Of a stretch of DNA of 64,000 bases, positions 28,415-39,212 are shown piece after piece. How positions within the stretch are numbered: the first letter of the stretch is position 1; every line of letters begins with the position of its first letter. The translations under genes were made by a program, and so were the position numbers. The DNA lies in contig JBFWNL010000005.1 of the NCBI GenBank assembly GCA_050251055.1, positions 32,001 to 96,000 of the forward strand, given 5' to 3'. The stretch is from Bacteriovoracia bacterium (GTDB lineage: Bacteria > Bdellovibrionota > UBA1018 > JBFWNL01). Under the pieces are notes generated by a model that was given only the letters and a program-made list of their open reading frames with translations, was not told where the DNA came from and made no database searches.

Positions 28415-30007
28415 GTGGGAATTCCAGCGGGAACAACGGAGTTAGTCCGCTTGGGCGGCGTGACGAAAGTTTTCCCGGGGGTGCGTGCGCTCGATGGCGT
28501 GGATCTCTCCATTCGCGCCGGCGAAGTGCTCGCGCTCGTAGGCGAAAATGGAGCCGGCAAATCCACGCTCATGAAGGTCCTCAGCGGGGTTTACCCTGCC
28601 GGCAGTTTCGAGGGGGTGATCGAGATCGACGGCGTGCCCGTTCGGTTCCGTTCCCCGCGCGAGGCCGAGCGCGCTGGCATAGCGATCATTCACCAGGAAC
28701 TCTCCGCATTTCCGCACCTGACGGTGGCCGAGAATCTTTTCGTCGGTCACTGGCCCCGGAAGCGTTTTGGCGGCCGCGTGGATTGGGCGCGCCTTCAGGG
28801 GGAGGCTCAGAAGTACCTAGACGAAATCGGCGCCAAGTGCCGGGCCAGCGATCGGATGGGGGACCTGAGCGTGGGTGCCCAGCAGATGGTCGAGATCGCC
28901 AAGGCGCTCACGCGCCGAAGCCGGGTACTCATCCTGGATGAGCCCACCTCCGCGCTCACGCCTTCGGAGGTCGAGGCCCTTTTCGTGGTTATTCGTAAGC
29001 TCAAAGCGCAGGGTAAGGGGCTCGTGTATATCAGCCATAAAATGGAAGAGATCTATGCGATCGCCGATCGCATCACGGTGCTTCGGGATGGGAAGAGCGT
29101 TACGACCGCGCCGACGGCCGGGCTGCCGGAGCGGCAACTCATCGCGCACATGGTGGGTCGCTCGCTGGACCGCGCTTTTCCCGACCGACCGCCGTTCGTG
29201 ACGGGCGTGGCCGATACGCTTCTGAGCGTGCATGAGTTTTCGGGCTTTGGAAAAAGTACGTTAGGAAGTGCGGGCGCGGGGCCAGTGAGCGGGATGCGCC
29301 GCCTGTTTGGTCCGCTCTCGTTCGAGCTCAAGCGGGGCGAGATCCTGGGTTTCGCGGGACTCCTGGGAGCCGGCCGCACCGATCTCATGGAGGCGCTCTT
29401 TGGCAATGCCCAGCGTATTCAGACCGAAGGGGAAGTAAAGATCGGAGGCACCTCGGTGCGCGTGCGTACGCCGGGCGAAGGTTTGCGCAACCGGCTTGCT
29501 TTCGTAAGCGAGGACCGTAAACACCAGAGTATCCTGCCCAAACGCTCGCTCACGGAGAACGTGACGCTTTCTCGCCTGACCCTAGGCGGGCTGTTTCGCG
29601 TACTCGATGGCGCGCGCGAGGCGAAGCTCGCCGACGTTAGCCTTCGACGCTTTCGGACCCGTTGCACGGGGCCGGCTCAGGAGATTCAGACGCTCAGCGG
29701 GGGCAACCAGCAGAAAGCGGTCATCGGCCGTGCGCTGCAGACCAACCCGGACATCATCATTTTGGATGAGCCGACCCGGGGGATTGACGTGGCGGCGAAG
29801 TATGAAATTTATGAAATTCTTTTCGATCTGGCGGCCCAGGGTAAGGGTCTCCTGGTCGTCAGCTCCGATCTGCCGGAGGCGATGGGCCTTTGCGATCGAA
29901 TTATCGTCTTGAACCAAGGGGAGTACATGGGATGCTTGAGTCGTCACGAGTTCTCACAGCCGGCGATCATGGAGCTGGCCATCGGGCGGACGCACGGAAG
30001 GCGATGA
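28415..30007 (+). CDS. xylG: sugar ABC ATPase (two NBDs)
   Basis: GENGAGKSTLMKVLSGVYP, LSGGNQQK, DEPTRGIDV. Confidence 0.85.
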   Translation: MGIPAGTTELVRLGGVTKVFPGVRALDGVDLSIRAGEVLALVGENGAGKSTLMKVLSGVYPAGSFEGVIEIDGVPVRFRSPREAERAGIAIIHQELSAFPHLTVAENLFVGHWPRKRFGGRVDWARLQGEAQKYLDEIGAKCRASDRMGDLSVGAQQMVEIAKALTRRSRVLILDEPTSALTPSEVEALFVVIRKLKAQGKGLVYISHKMEEIYAIADRITVLRDGKSVTTAPTAGLPERQLIAHMVGRSLDRAFPDRPPFVTGVADTLLSVHEFSGFGKSTLGSAGAGPVSGMRRLFGPLSFELKRGEILGFAGLLGAGRTDLMEALFGNAQRIQTEGEVKIGGTSVRVRTPGEGLRNRLAFVSEDRKHQSILPKRSLTENVTLSRLTLGGLFRVLDGAREAKLADVSLRRFRTRCTGPAQEIQTLSGGNQQKAVIGRALQTNPDIIILDEPTRGIDVAAKYEIYEILFDLAAQGKGLLVVSSDLPEAMGLCDRIIVLNQGEYMGCLSRHEFSQPAIMELAIGRTHGRR

Positions 30008-31104
30008 TGCCGAGCCGGCCGACACTGAAAGTCTTCTTGCGCCAGAACGGCGCCTGGATTGGGTTTTTGTTGCTCGCCGTGGCGCTCACCGTGCTCACGG
30101 ACGGCGGTTTTATTTCGCCGCGCAATCTCACGAACCTCTTGCGCCAGGCTTCGATCAACGGCGTGCTGGCCGCTGGCATGACCCTGGTCATTCTAACCGG
30201 CGGCATCGATCTTTCGATCGGTAGCACCGTAGCGCTCGCGGGCGTGGTGGCCGGCATGTCCCAGGTCTTTTGGCATTGGTCCGAACTCGGCGTGGTGGGC
30301 GCGGTGGCTACCGTGCTTCTTTCCGTCGGCGTCGGTACGGTCGTAGGCTTCGCCAACGGCGCGCTCGTTTCGGGTCTGGGGATTCCGCCTTTCGTCATCA
30401 CGCTGGGAATGATGGTAGTCGCGCGCGGCGTAGCCCTGATCTTTTCGGACGGTAGCGGCATTTCCCCGATGGGCGAAGCGTTGCGTCCGGTGGGAGAAGG
30501 GTATTTGCCGACGCTGTGGACGGTCGTCATCATGGCGGCGGTGCTGGGAACGCTGGTGTGGCAGCAGCGGCGGGCGCTCGCGAATCTGATCTTTCCCGTC
30601 CTCACGTTCGGGATCGTGACCTATGCCTTCGTCGATTACAAAGGCTTGCCCGTGCCCGTGCTCTTTCTGCTGGGCACGCTCGCGGTGACCGCGTTCGTTC
30701 TCTATCAGACGACGCTTGGACGTTGCGTCTATGCGATCGGCTCCAACGAGCAAGCGGCGTATTGGGCCGGCGTACCGGTAAAGACGGTAAAGTGGATCGT
30801 CTATACACTACTCGGTACGTTTTCGGGGTTAGCGGGCGTGTTGCTCTCCGCCCGTTTGAATTCGGCGGTGCCCACGGCGGGAAACCTATTTGAGCTGGAT
30901 GCGATCGCGGCCGTAGTCATTGGCGGGACCAGCCTCAAGGGGGGCGCCGGCACGATTATGGGCTGTTTGGTCGGGGCATTGACCATCGCGGCGCTGAACA
31001 ACGGGATGGACCTGCTGCAGGTCTCGAGCTTTTACCAAATGATCTTCAAGGGCGCGATTATCGTCGCGGCCGTCGCGATGGATCAAACTCAGCGCAACTC
31101 GTAA
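30004..31104 (+). CDS. xylH: sugar ABC permease
   Basis: GGIDLSIGS, IPPFVITLG, FELDAIAAVVIGGTSLKGG. Confidence 0.82.
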   Translation: MMPSRPTLKVFLRQNGAWIGFLLLAVALTVLTDGGFISPRNLTNLLRQASINGVLAAGMTLVILTGGIDLSIGSTVALAGVVAGMSQVFWHWSELGVVGAVATVLLSVGVGTVVGFANGALVSGLGIPPFVITLGMMVVARGVALIFSDGSGISPMGEALRPVGEGYLPTLWTVVIMAAVLGTLVWQQRRALANLIFPVLTFGIVTYAFVDYKGLPVPVLFLLGTLAVTAFVLYQTTLGRCVYAIGSNEQAAYWAGVPVKTVKWIVYTLLGTFSGLAGVLLSARLNSAVPTAGNLFELDAIAAVVIGGTSLKGGAGTIMGCLVGALTIAALNNGMDLLQVSSFYQMIFKGAIIVAAVAMDQTQRNS

Positions 31105-31164
31105 TGCAACGAGTCATGTGTTTCCGGTTTTACGCGAATATCGGCGAACACGCGCTTGGATCCA

Positions 31165-31193
31165 TTGAGGATCTTCGCTAACTCGCGTATTCT
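31165..31193 (+). promoter_or_regulatory. sigma70 promoter of the pro operon
   Basis: TTGAGG-N17-TATTCT, 9 nt before proB ATG. Confidence 0.5.
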
Positions 31194-31202
31194 TTCGCCT
31201 GC

Positions 31203-31988
31203 ATGAAGAAGCGTCGCCGCTGGGTGATCAAAGTGGGCAGTCAGCTCGTCTGCACGGGGGGGCCGCTCCTGGTCCGCGAGTGGATGCAGCAAGTGCTGAC
31301 TTTGCAAAAGCGCCACCGCATCGACGTAGTTTGGGTTTCTTCGGGCGCGATTCATTCCGCGATCGGCCGTACGGGCCGCTCTCACGGTGCCAAGCGCACC
31401 CTTTCCGAAAAACAGGCTTTGAGCGCCATCGGTCAACCGATGGTGATGGATCTCTACAATCTTGCGCTGCAAGCGAGCGGTATGCTCGGAGCCCAGGTTT
31501 TACTGACGTACGACGACCTAGATAGTACCCAACGTCGACAAAATTTCCTGAACACGCTGGGCGAGCTTTTGAAGTGGGGCGCGGTACCGATTTTAAACGA
31601 AAACGACGCCGTGGCGACGGAAGAAATCAAGTTTGGCGACAACGACTCGCTCTCGGCTAAGGTTGCGATCGCCTTGCGCGCGGAGCGGCTGATCATCCTG
31701 TCGGACGTAGAGGGCCTGTATACCGAGAATCCGGCCGAAAATCCGCGCGCCCGGCTCGTCCGCGACGTCGAGCAAGTGAATGAAAAGGTGCTGAAGATGG
31801 CGCCACCGAACACGAAATCCAGCCGTGGCACGGGAGGGATGTACTCCAAGCTCCTCGCCGGACGCGAGGCCGCGCGCGCGGGGGTGGAAACCTACCTTGT
31901 GAAGGGTGACCGGATGAAGGTTTTGCTGGATCTAGCCGACGGCCTTCCCATCGGTACGCGCATTCACCGGCGAGCCAGCCGTGGCTAA
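31203..31988 (+). CDS. proB: glutamate 5-kinase (no PUA domain)
   Basis: VIKVGS, VSSGA, NENDAV, FGDNDSLSA, GTGGMYSK. Confidence 0.96.
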   Translation: MKKRRRWVIKVGSQLVCTGGPLLVREWMQQVLTLQKRHRIDVVWVSSGAIHSAIGRTGRSHGAKRTLSEKQALSAIGQPMVMDLYNLALQASGMLGAQVLLTYDDLDSTQRRQNFLNTLGELLKWGAVPILNENDAVATEEIKFGDNDSLSAKVAIALRAERLIILSDVEGLYTENPAENPRARLVRDVEQVNEKVLKMAPPNTKSSRGTGGMYSKLLAGREAARAGVETYLVKGDRMKVLLDLADGLPIGTRIHRRASRG

Positions 31989-33270
31989 GGCATCTCGGCT
32001 GCCCCCCGCGTATCGCAAGTCGCTCGCGCAAATGCGCGAAGTCGCGCGTATCTTGCGAAAACTGGGAGCTTCGGAAAAAAACCGCGTATTGGAGAAGATC
32101 GCGCGCGGCTTGGTCGCCCATTCGGCGGTCATTCTGAAAGAAAATGCGAAGGATCTGAAGGCGCTAGACAAGAAAGCGACCCCGGCTTTCCGGGACCGGC
32201 TTACGTTGGATGAAAAACGGTTGGCCGCGATGGCGGAAAGTTTGCGGCAAGTCGCCGCGCTGCCCGATCCGGTCGGCGAGCTCGTGGATCGATCCACGCT
32301 TCCGAACGGCTTGAAGCTTCGGCGGGTGCGCGCACCGCTCGGGGTGATCTTCATGATTTACGAATCGCGCCCCAACGTCGCGACGGAAGCATTTTCGCTG
32401 GCGTTCAAGGCGGGGAACGCGGCGATTTTGCGCGGCGGCCGCGAGTCGGCCCGAACGGTGGCGGCGCTTTACCAGCTGATCGCGGATGCCTTGGCCGAAG
32501 AGGGCCTGCCGCGACTGGCCGCTTGGGGCGTGACGGATCCCGATCGCGCGCTCGTGAAGGCGTTGCTGAGGGAACGCGCCGCGATCGATGTCGTGGTCCC
32601 GCGCGGGGGGGACCGCCTGATCGAGTTTGTCGTGAACGAATCGCTGATCCCCGTGATAAAAAACGATCGTGGCTTGTGCCACGTCTACCTACACGAGGAT
32701 TTGGCCGGCGAGGCGAAGCTTTCCGAGATGGGGTTGCGGATCGCGGTGAACGCAAAAACCCAGCGCCCGGGAGTTTGTAATTCAATGGAGACCCTGCTTG
32801 TGCACGAGAAGTGCGCGGTGGAGCTGTTGCCGCGCATCTATGACGCGATGGCGGCGGTTTCGGTCGAATGGCGAGCTTGCCCCCGTACGAAAGCGATTTT
32901 GAAGGGGCGCTCCCGGGTGATCGCGGCCAAGTCCGCAGATTGGGATACCGAGCACCTGGACTTCATCATGAATTGCCGCGTGGTGAATTCGCTGGCGGAG
33001 GCGATTGGGCACATTGAGAAGCACGGCTCGCGGCATTCGGAGTGCATCGTGACGGGCAGTCATCCGGCGGCGGCGCTCTTTCAGGAAGAAATCGATGCGG
33101 CGGCAGTGTATTGGAATGCTTCCACGCGTTTTACCGACGGCTTCGAGTTTGGCTTGGGTGGAGAGCTGGGGATCAGCACTCAAAAACTGCACGTGCGAGG
33201 CCCGGTGGGGTTGCGCGAGTTGACTTGTCCACGCTGGGTGATCGAAGGCGAAGGCCAAATCCGAAGTTAG
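31981..33270 (+). CDS. proA: glutamate-5-semialdehyde dehydrogenase
   Basis: YESRPNV, VCNSMETLL, NASTRFTDG, GISTQKLHVRGP. Confidence 0.96.
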   Translation: MAKASRLPPAYRKSLAQMREVARILRKLGASEKNRVLEKIARGLVAHSAVILKENAKDLKALDKKATPAFRDRLTLDEKRLAAMAESLRQVAALPDPVGELVDRSTLPNGLKLRRVRAPLGVIFMIYESRPNVATEAFSLAFKAGNAAILRGGRESARTVAALYQLIADALAEEGLPRLAAWGVTDPDRALVKALLRERAAIDVVVPRGGDRLIEFVVNESLIPVIKNDRGLCHVYLHEDLAGEAKLSEMGLRIAVNAKTQRPGVCNSMETLLVHEKCAVELLPRIYDAMAAVSVEWRACPRTKAILKGRSRVIAAKSADWDTEHLDFIMNCRVVNSLAEAIGHIEKHGSRHSECIVTGSHPAAALFQEEIDAAAVYWNASTRFTDGFEFGLGGELGISTQKLHVRGPVGLRELTCPRWVIEGEGQIRS

Positions 33271-33288
33271 CGGGGCAGAGGAAAGGTT

Positions 33289-34113
33289 ATGGGTACGAGT
33301 ATCACTACGAATTTGGGTATTTTGGGCATTGGAAAAATGGGCGAGGCGTTGGTGGGTGGGCTTCAGCAAACCCCGGGATTCGAGAAGACCTGGAAGATGA
33401 TGGCGAGCCGCCGCTCGGAAGAGGCCGCCCGAGCCGTGAGCCAGAAGCTTGGGATCCCGGTCGTGACGGACAACCGGGAGCTCGTGAAGAAAAACCGTAT
33501 CGTGATCTTAAGCGTGAAGCCGCATCACGCTCAGGCGGTGCTTGAATCGGTGGCGAAGGATTTTACCAGCGACCATGTACTGGTTTCCATCTGCGCTTCG
33601 GTGCGAATATCGCAGATGAAGAAATGGAGCGGCGGCAAACCCCATCTAATTCGTTGTATGCCTAACACTCCCTGCTTAATCGGCGAGGGGATGACGGCGA
33701 TCTCGACGGCGGGCGGGAAGGACTCCGTGAGCGACGTGAAACGCGTGGAGCAGATTTTCCGCACGGTCGGAAAGACCGTCCTGGTTGAGGAGTCGCTGAT
33801 GGACGGCGTGACGGGGCTCAGTGGCTGTGGCCCGGCCTATGTTTATTTGGTGGTCGAAGCGCTTAGCGAAGCGGGCGTTAAGGTTGGCCTGCCTCGGCAA
33901 ACGGCGACCTTACTCGCGGCCCAGACGCTGGCGGGCGCGGCGAAGATGGTGCTGGAGCGGGGCGAACATCCGGCGGCGCTGAAAGATGAGGTGACGACTC
34001 CGGCCGGCTGTACGATCGACGGATTGATGGCGCTGGAAGAGGGAAAACTGCGGGTGACTTTGATTAAAGCGGTACTCGCGGCCGCCAAGCGTAGCGCGAG
34101 TTTGAGCGAATAA
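33289..34113 (+). CDS. proC: pyrroline-5-carboxylate reductase
   Basis: GIGKMG, RCMPNTP, SGCGPAY, VTTPAGCT. Confidence 0.96.
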   Translation: MGTSITTNLGILGIGKMGEALVGGLQQTPGFEKTWKMMASRRSEEAARAVSQKLGIPVVTDNRELVKKNRIVILSVKPHHAQAVLESVAKDFTSDHVLVSICASVRISQMKKWSGGKPHLIRCMPNTPCLIGEGMTAISTAGGKDSVSDVKRVEQIFRTVGKTVLVEESLMDGVTGLSGCGPAYVYLVVEALSEAGVKVGLPRQTATLLAAQTLAGAAKMVLERGEHPAALKDEVTTPAGCTIDGLMALEEGKLRVTLIKAVLAAAKRSASLSE

Positions 34114-34123
34114 GGCGAGGTGC

Positions 34124-34879
34124 GTGATGGATTGGCTAGACATCGGAGTTAGCTTGCTCACCCTGACGGCGCTGGAAATCGTCCTCGGGATCGACAATAT
34201 TATTTTCATCACGATCTTGGCCGGCCGGCTTCCCGTCGCCGAGCAGGCGAAAGCGCGTCGTTTGGGGCTACTGATGGCGCTCGTTTCCCGCATCATCCTG
34301 TTGATGGGGATTAGCTGGGTGGTCAAGCTGACCCAGCCGCTCTTTGCGGTCTTCGGACGCGATATCTCGATGCGGGATTTAATCTTGATTCTCGGTGGCT
34401 TGTTCCTGATGTGGAAGGCCATGACCGAGATTTACCACAAGGTGGAGGCCAAGGATGCCCACGGGGCGCACGCTCCCGCCAAGGGCACGGGGACTCCGCC
34501 CGTCACGTCCGGAAAACCGAAACTGGGCGGAATCATCACCCAGATCATGATCGTTGACGTCGTCTTCTCGCTCGATTCAGTCATCACCGCCGTGGGCACC
34601 GCTAAGCACCTGGGCGTAATGGTGGCGGCCGTGATCATCTCGGTGCTGGGCATGATGATCTTCGCCCGTGCCATCGGCGATTTCGTCGAGCGCCGGCCGA
34701 GCATCAAGATCCTCGCGCTTTCATTCCTGGTCATGATCGGAACCCTGCTCGTGGCCGAAGGCTTCGGTGAGCATCTCAACAAGGGTTACGTCTACTTCGG
34801 CATGGCTTTCGCGCTCGTGATCGAGATGCTGAATATGCGATTCGAAAAGAAAACGGCCATCGCGGCCAAAGGGAGATAA
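34124..34879 (+). CDS. TerC family membrane protein
   Basis: [23 protein letters not shown]. Confidence 0.93.
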   Translation: MMDWLDIGVSLLTLTALEIVLGIDNIIFITILAGRLPVAEQAKARRLGLLMALVSRIILLMGISWVVKLTQPLFAVFGRDISMRDLILILGGLFLMWKAMTEIYHKVEAKDAHGAHAPAKGTGTPPVTSGKPKLGGIITQIMIVDVVFSLDSVITAVGTAKHLGVMVAAVIISVLGMMIFARAIGDFVERRPSIKILALSFLVMIGTLLVAEGFGEHLNKGYVYFGMAFALVIEMLNMRFEKKTAIAAKGR

Positions 34880-34880
34880 C

Positions 34881-36284
34881 ATGAGTCAGCAGAAGTTTCG
34901 CACCGAGAAAGACACTTTCGGCCCCATCGAGGTACCGGCCGACCGGCTCTGGGGCGCGCAGACCCAGCGGTCACTGAAGTACTTTTCTATTTCCACGGAA
35001 AAGATGCCACTTGCGCTCGTGTATGCGCTGGCCACGGTGAAGAAAGCGGCCGCGATCGTGAACCGTGAAAACGGTTCGCTCGACGCGAAGAAGTCGGAGG
35101 CGATCGTGAAGGCCGCCGACGAGGCGATCGCCGGAAAGCTCGATGCCGAGTTTCCCTTGTTCGTCTGGCAGACCGGGAGCGGCACCCAGTCGAACATGAA
35201 TCTCAACGAGGTCCTGGCCAATCGCGCGAGCGAGCTGATGGGCGGCGAGCGTGGGGAGGCCCGCAAGGTGCACCCCAACGACGACGTGAATAAAGGCCAA
35301 AGCTCCAACGACGTGTTTCCTACTTCCATGCACGTGGCTGCCGCGGCCGCCGTGGTAGGTTCGGTCATTCCGTCGGTGAAGGCTCTGCGCGATACGTTGC
35401 AGGGCAAGGCGAAAAGTTTTCGCGATATCGTGAAGATCGGTCGCACGCACCTGCAGGACGCGACGCCGCTGACGCTTGGCCAGGAGTTCTCGGGCTACGC
35501 CTCGCAGCTGGAACACGGGCTCGCGCACCTGGAGCGCTCGCTTCCGCATCTTTACGAGCTCGCGCTCGGCGGAACCGCGGTCGGCACGGGCCTGAACGCC
35601 CCGAAAGGTTACGCCGAGCGCGTGGCTAAGGAGATCGCTCATTTGACGGGATTGCCGTTCGTGACCGCTCCCAATAAGTTCGAGGCCCTGGCCGCGAACG
35701 ACGCCCTCGTGAGCGCGCACGGGTCGTTGAAGGTGGTGGCGACCGCCCTGTTTAAAATCGCCAACGACATCCGGTGGCTTTCGTCGGGTCCCCGCTCGGG
35801 GTTGGGTGAAATCACGATTCCGGAGAACGAGCCGGGTAGCTCGATCATGCCGGGAAAGGTGAATCCCACCCAGTGTGAGGCCATGACCATGCTCTGCGCC
35901 CAGATCATGGGTAACGACGTGGCGGTGACGATGGGGGGGGCCTCCGGGAATTTCGAACTCAACGTCTATAAACCACTCATGATTCAAAACTTCCTACAGT
36001 CCTGCCGATTGTTGGCGGATGGCTGCCGCAGCTTCCGGGAGCATTGCGCGGAAGGGATCGAAGCAAATCGCGCGCGGATCGATGAAAACCTCAAGCGTTC
36101 GTTAATGCTGGTGACCGCGCTCAATCCCCACATCGGGTACGACAATGCGGCTAAGATCGCTAAAAAGGCGCACAAAGACGGGACGACGCTGAAAGAGGCG
36201 GCGATGGCGTTGGGTTTGGTGACGGCCGAGCAATTTGATCAGTGGATCAAGCCCGAACAAATGGTCGGCGAGATCAAGCTCTAA
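34881..36284 (+). CDS. fumC: class II fumarate hydratase
   Basis: [35 protein letters not shown]. Confidence 0.98.
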   Translation: MSQQKFRTEKDTFGPIEVPADRLWGAQTQRSLKYFSISTEKMPLALVYALATVKKAAAIVNRENGSLDAKKSEAIVKAADEAIAGKLDAEFPLFVWQTGSGTQSNMNLNEVLANRASELMGGERGEARKVHPNDDVNKGQSSNDVFPTSMHVAAAAAVVGSVIPSVKALRDTLQGKAKSFRDIVKIGRTHLQDATPLTLGQEFSGYASQLEHGLAHLERSLPHLYELALGGTAVGTGLNAPKGYAERVAKEIAHLTGLPFVTAPNKFEALAANDALVSAHGSLKVVATALFKIANDIRWLSSGPRSGLGEITIPENEPGSSIMPGKVNPTQCEAMTMLCAQIMGNDVAVTMGGASGNFELNVYKPLMIQNFLQSCRLLADGCRSFREHCAEGIEANRARIDENLKRSLMLVTALNPHIGYDNAAKIAKKAHKDGTTLKEAAMALGLVTAEQFDQWIKPEQMVGEIKL

Positions 36285-36298
36285 CGACTGGCTTCGGG

Positions 36299-39211
36299 TT
36301 ATTTTTCTTTTTCCGGTTCGGGCAAAGTAAACTGGCGGCCGGCGAGCGGGAACTTCACGTCTTTGGGCTGTAGGGCATCCGGCTTTTCGAGGCGCTTGAG
36401 TTCGGCCACATTGGCCGCGATCTTGTTGCCGATGAACGGCCGAATCTGCAGGAGCACGACTTTGTCCTCGACCATCGCCCACTCCATGTCCCACTTGCGG
36501 CTCTCGAGCTTGGGGTAGGCTTGCATCAGGTGCTTCTGGATCCCGTCGCCCTTGCCGGCGAGCGCCTTGGCGTGGGCTTCGGGAATAATCGGATCCAGGC
36601 CTTGCACCGGTACGTCGGCAAATCCTCCGTCCGGCAGCAGCACTTTGCGCGTAGGAGCATAGGCCCGGCGTACCCGGTTCACCGTGCCCGCGTGGCGGGA
36701 AACCAGGACTTCCTCGGGATTGTACTCTCCGTTGACGACCGTGATCCCCACGCCTTCGTTGGCGGCGATCATGACCTCGTCCTGGTATTCCTCATTCTGC
36801 GTACTGCCCACGACCATGACGCCGGCCTTAGTTCCGTTGATCCCGATCTGGACGACCACCGAGGGATACACGTCCCACGGGTTTTCGATCAGGTCTTGTC
36901 GCCAGGTCATCGCCTTGCGCGTGAACGGGGACGCCCAGACGTCCTTGATGGCTTGTACCACCTTGGCCAATCCCACGACGTTAGGGATGGTTTCATTGAG
37001 GCCTGCGCCCACGAACTGGGGCAAATCTTCGGCATTCGTATCGCTGCGGACGAATACGCCGCGGCCCAAGAATGGCTCCTTGCTGAGGGTCTGGGCGATG
37101 AAAGCGATCAATTCGGGTTTGAGCTCGATCGTGCGGATACGCTGACGGATCTTCTCTAGCGCGGCCACCTTCTTGGCCATCCCTTCGTCGCTGGTGTCGC
37201 TGAGGTCAAACTCTTCGAATATCTTACGGGCATCTTCGAGGATTCCCGTCTCCTTCATATGTGCGTAGTAGACGCCGAAGGGGAGGACAAAGGCTTGCGG
37301 GACATGATCCGGGAAGACGGAAGCCAGTTCGCCTTGGCCGCAGGCTTTGCCGCCCGCCACGATGCCACTGTCGGTCATGCGCAGTTGCTCCAGAAACAGC
37401 GGGCGATTGTATTTCATCATATCGGCTGGAATCTGGATGCGGGTACGTTTCTGTTCCCGTACCTTGTTATAGACTTTCCAGGTATCGATCTCCGCGGGCG
37501 TTGCTTGGTCGAAGCGTTTTATGCTGACCTCGCCGTTGGGCAGCGAGATATAGAGCACATCTTGGTTTTCGAGGCCGCGCAGCTTGTCTACCAGGGACTG
37601 GGGAATGACCGCGTTGGGGAGTCCGTGGTTGCTGGCCAGCAGCTGCACGTGCGAAATGGTACTGCCCGAATCGGTCGTCAGTACGCCAGCCACTTTGCTG
37701 AGAGAAGGGGGGGTCTTGGTCAGCACGTAAATGTAGTCGGGCCGCCAGTTATAGTTCTCGTCGTTAGCTTCCGCCTCCGCGGTGACCTTGAGGATGCCGC
37801 GCGCGATGCCTGGGTTTAGCATTCGATGGGGAGCGGAGATTTCTTCCGTCCCGATAGTGATTTTACGGCCCGAATAGGTTTGAACCAGCGTGTGGATCTG
37901 GGCGAGGAAGTTTGTGAGCTGTAACAGCACGGTGGATCGCAGCGAGTCGTCGATGAACTTGTCCGCTTGGGGCACGTACTCTTTGTATTTGGCGAGTACG
38001 GGGTTGAACATCGCGCGGAAATTACGTACGCCTTCCTGGACGCTACCCTCCACCTTTTCGATGAGCATGAGGACTTCGGCCGGATCCACGAGCTGCCCAC
38101 CCCCACCCAGACTCGTGTTTTTTAGGGTGTCTCGGCGGATCAGCCCGATGGACTCCGCGCTTTTCGTCAAGGCGTCAACCATCGCTTGAATGTCGGCAAG
38201 CGAGAGTACCGTGCGGGTGTCTTGTAGACGTCCGATGAGGGCGCCACCTAGGGAAAAAGTCGCGGTTTGTAGCTGATGCAGCAGATCGATTTGCTCGATC
38301 GCGCAATCGATATCGCGGTCGATGCGGCAATTCGTCGTAGCGGCCCGGGCGGCGTTCCCGGCTTTGACGGAGGCATCGGCGAGGGCCGTCAGGTTGTCGC
38401 GTATGGCGTCCAGCTTGCCCGTGAGCGCTTTCGCGCTGGGCTTATCCATGAGGAACTTGGCGTGAGTCTGATAGTTATCGAGCGCCGAGCGCGCCGCTCC
38501 CGTCACATTATAGTGGATATAGAACGTGGCTACGTCTCCGCCCCCGAAGAGCGATTCGAGTTGGTTTTGGATCGTAGCCGCCATCTGGGTCACGCTGTCG
38601 TTGAGGCCCTGCGCTTTGCGCTGGGCGATGAATTTCTTCACGCGCTCGATCGTGAGAAGAGATGGCTGCTGGTGGATTTCCAGGCGAATATCCATGAATC
38701 CAGGCGCCCCTTGAATAACCACCGCGTTGGCCCGCATAGTGTTGATCATGCGGTTATCGTGGTTATGATAGATCGATCCCCCCAATAGGTAGCCCGTCAA
38801 GAGCGCATCGTCGGCGAGGGGTTGCCCGTTCTTTGTGGAGATCGTTTGATTCAATGTTTGGGCGAGCGTGATAAAGTCGCTTTCTGCGTTCGAATAAGTG
38901 AATTTGATCGGAAGCCACGGCATGCCCCACTCTTCCTGCATGCGTAGGTATTCCTGCAGGATCATTTCGCGGGGCTCCGGGTGGGCAGCCATCTGGGTGA
39001 GCAGCGTGTAGGCGGGGAACCCTTTGGCCTGGAATTCGGCGTAACCGCGTTGCAGGTCGGAGCTCGGCTGTCCGCTTGTCTTGGCGGCCTCGTACGCCCG
39101 GATCATTCGTTTGTTCCACTCTTGCTCGGCGGGGCCGGCTGCAGCCACCCCGGAAACGAAAAAGGCGACGGCGGTGATGATTAGGCCTGGAATCGCTTTC
39201 GACTTTGACAT
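36299..39211 (-). CDS. exported PEP/pyruvate-binding-domain dikinase-like protein, paralog B (phospho-His domain then C-terminal ATP-grasp)
   Basis: Signal peptide; LTTDSGSTISHVQLLA; GGK, LPFG, VRSDTNAEDL..GAGLNET, WAS, WDMEWA, LQIRP. Confidence 0.88.
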   Translation of the reverse strand: MSKSKAIPGLIITAVAFFVSGVAAAGPAEQEWNKRMIRAYEAAKTSGQPSSDLQRGYAEFQAKGFPAYTLLTQMAAHPEPREMILQEYLRMQEEWGMPWLPIKFTYSNAESDFITLAQTLNQTISTKNGQPLADDALLTGYLLGGSIYHNHDNRMINTMRANAVVIQGAPGFMDIRLEIHQQPSLLTIERVKKFIAQRKAQGLNDSVTQMAATIQNQLESLFGGGDVATFYIHYNVTGAARSALDNYQTHAKFLMDKPSAKALTGKLDAIRDNLTALADASVKAGNAARAATTNCRIDRDIDCAIEQIDLLHQLQTATFSLGGALIGRLQDTRTVLSLADIQAMVDALTKSAESIGLIRRDTLKNTSLGGGGQLVDPAEVLMLIEKVEGSVQEGVRNFRAMFNPVLAKYKEYVPQADKFIDDSLRSTVLLQLTNFLAQIHTLVQTYSGRKITIGTEEISAPHRMLNPGIARGILKVTAEAEANDENYNWRPDYIYVLTKTPPSLSKVAGVLTTDSGSTISHVQLLASNHGLPNAVIPQSLVDKLRGLENQDVLYISLPNGEVSIKRFDQATPAEIDTWKVYNKVREQKRTRIQIPADMMKYNRPLFLEQLRMTDSGIVAGGKACGQGELASVFPDHVPQAFVLPFGVYYAHMKETGILEDARKIFEEFDLSDTSDEGMAKKVAALEKIRQRIRTIELKPELIAFIAQTLSKEPFLGRGVFVRSDTNAEDLPQFVGAGLNETIPNVVGLAKVVQAIKDVWASPFTRKAMTWRQDLIENPWDVYPSVVVQIGINGTKAGVMVVGSTQNEEYQDEVMIAANEGVGITVVNGEYNPEEVLVSRHAGTVNRVRRAYAPTRKVLLPDGGFADVPVQGLDPIIPEAHAKALAGKGDGIQKHLMQAYPKLESRKWDMEWAMVEDKVVLLQIRPFIGNKIAANVAELKRLEKPDALQPKDVKFPLAGRQFTLPEPEKEK

Positions 39212-39212
39212 T

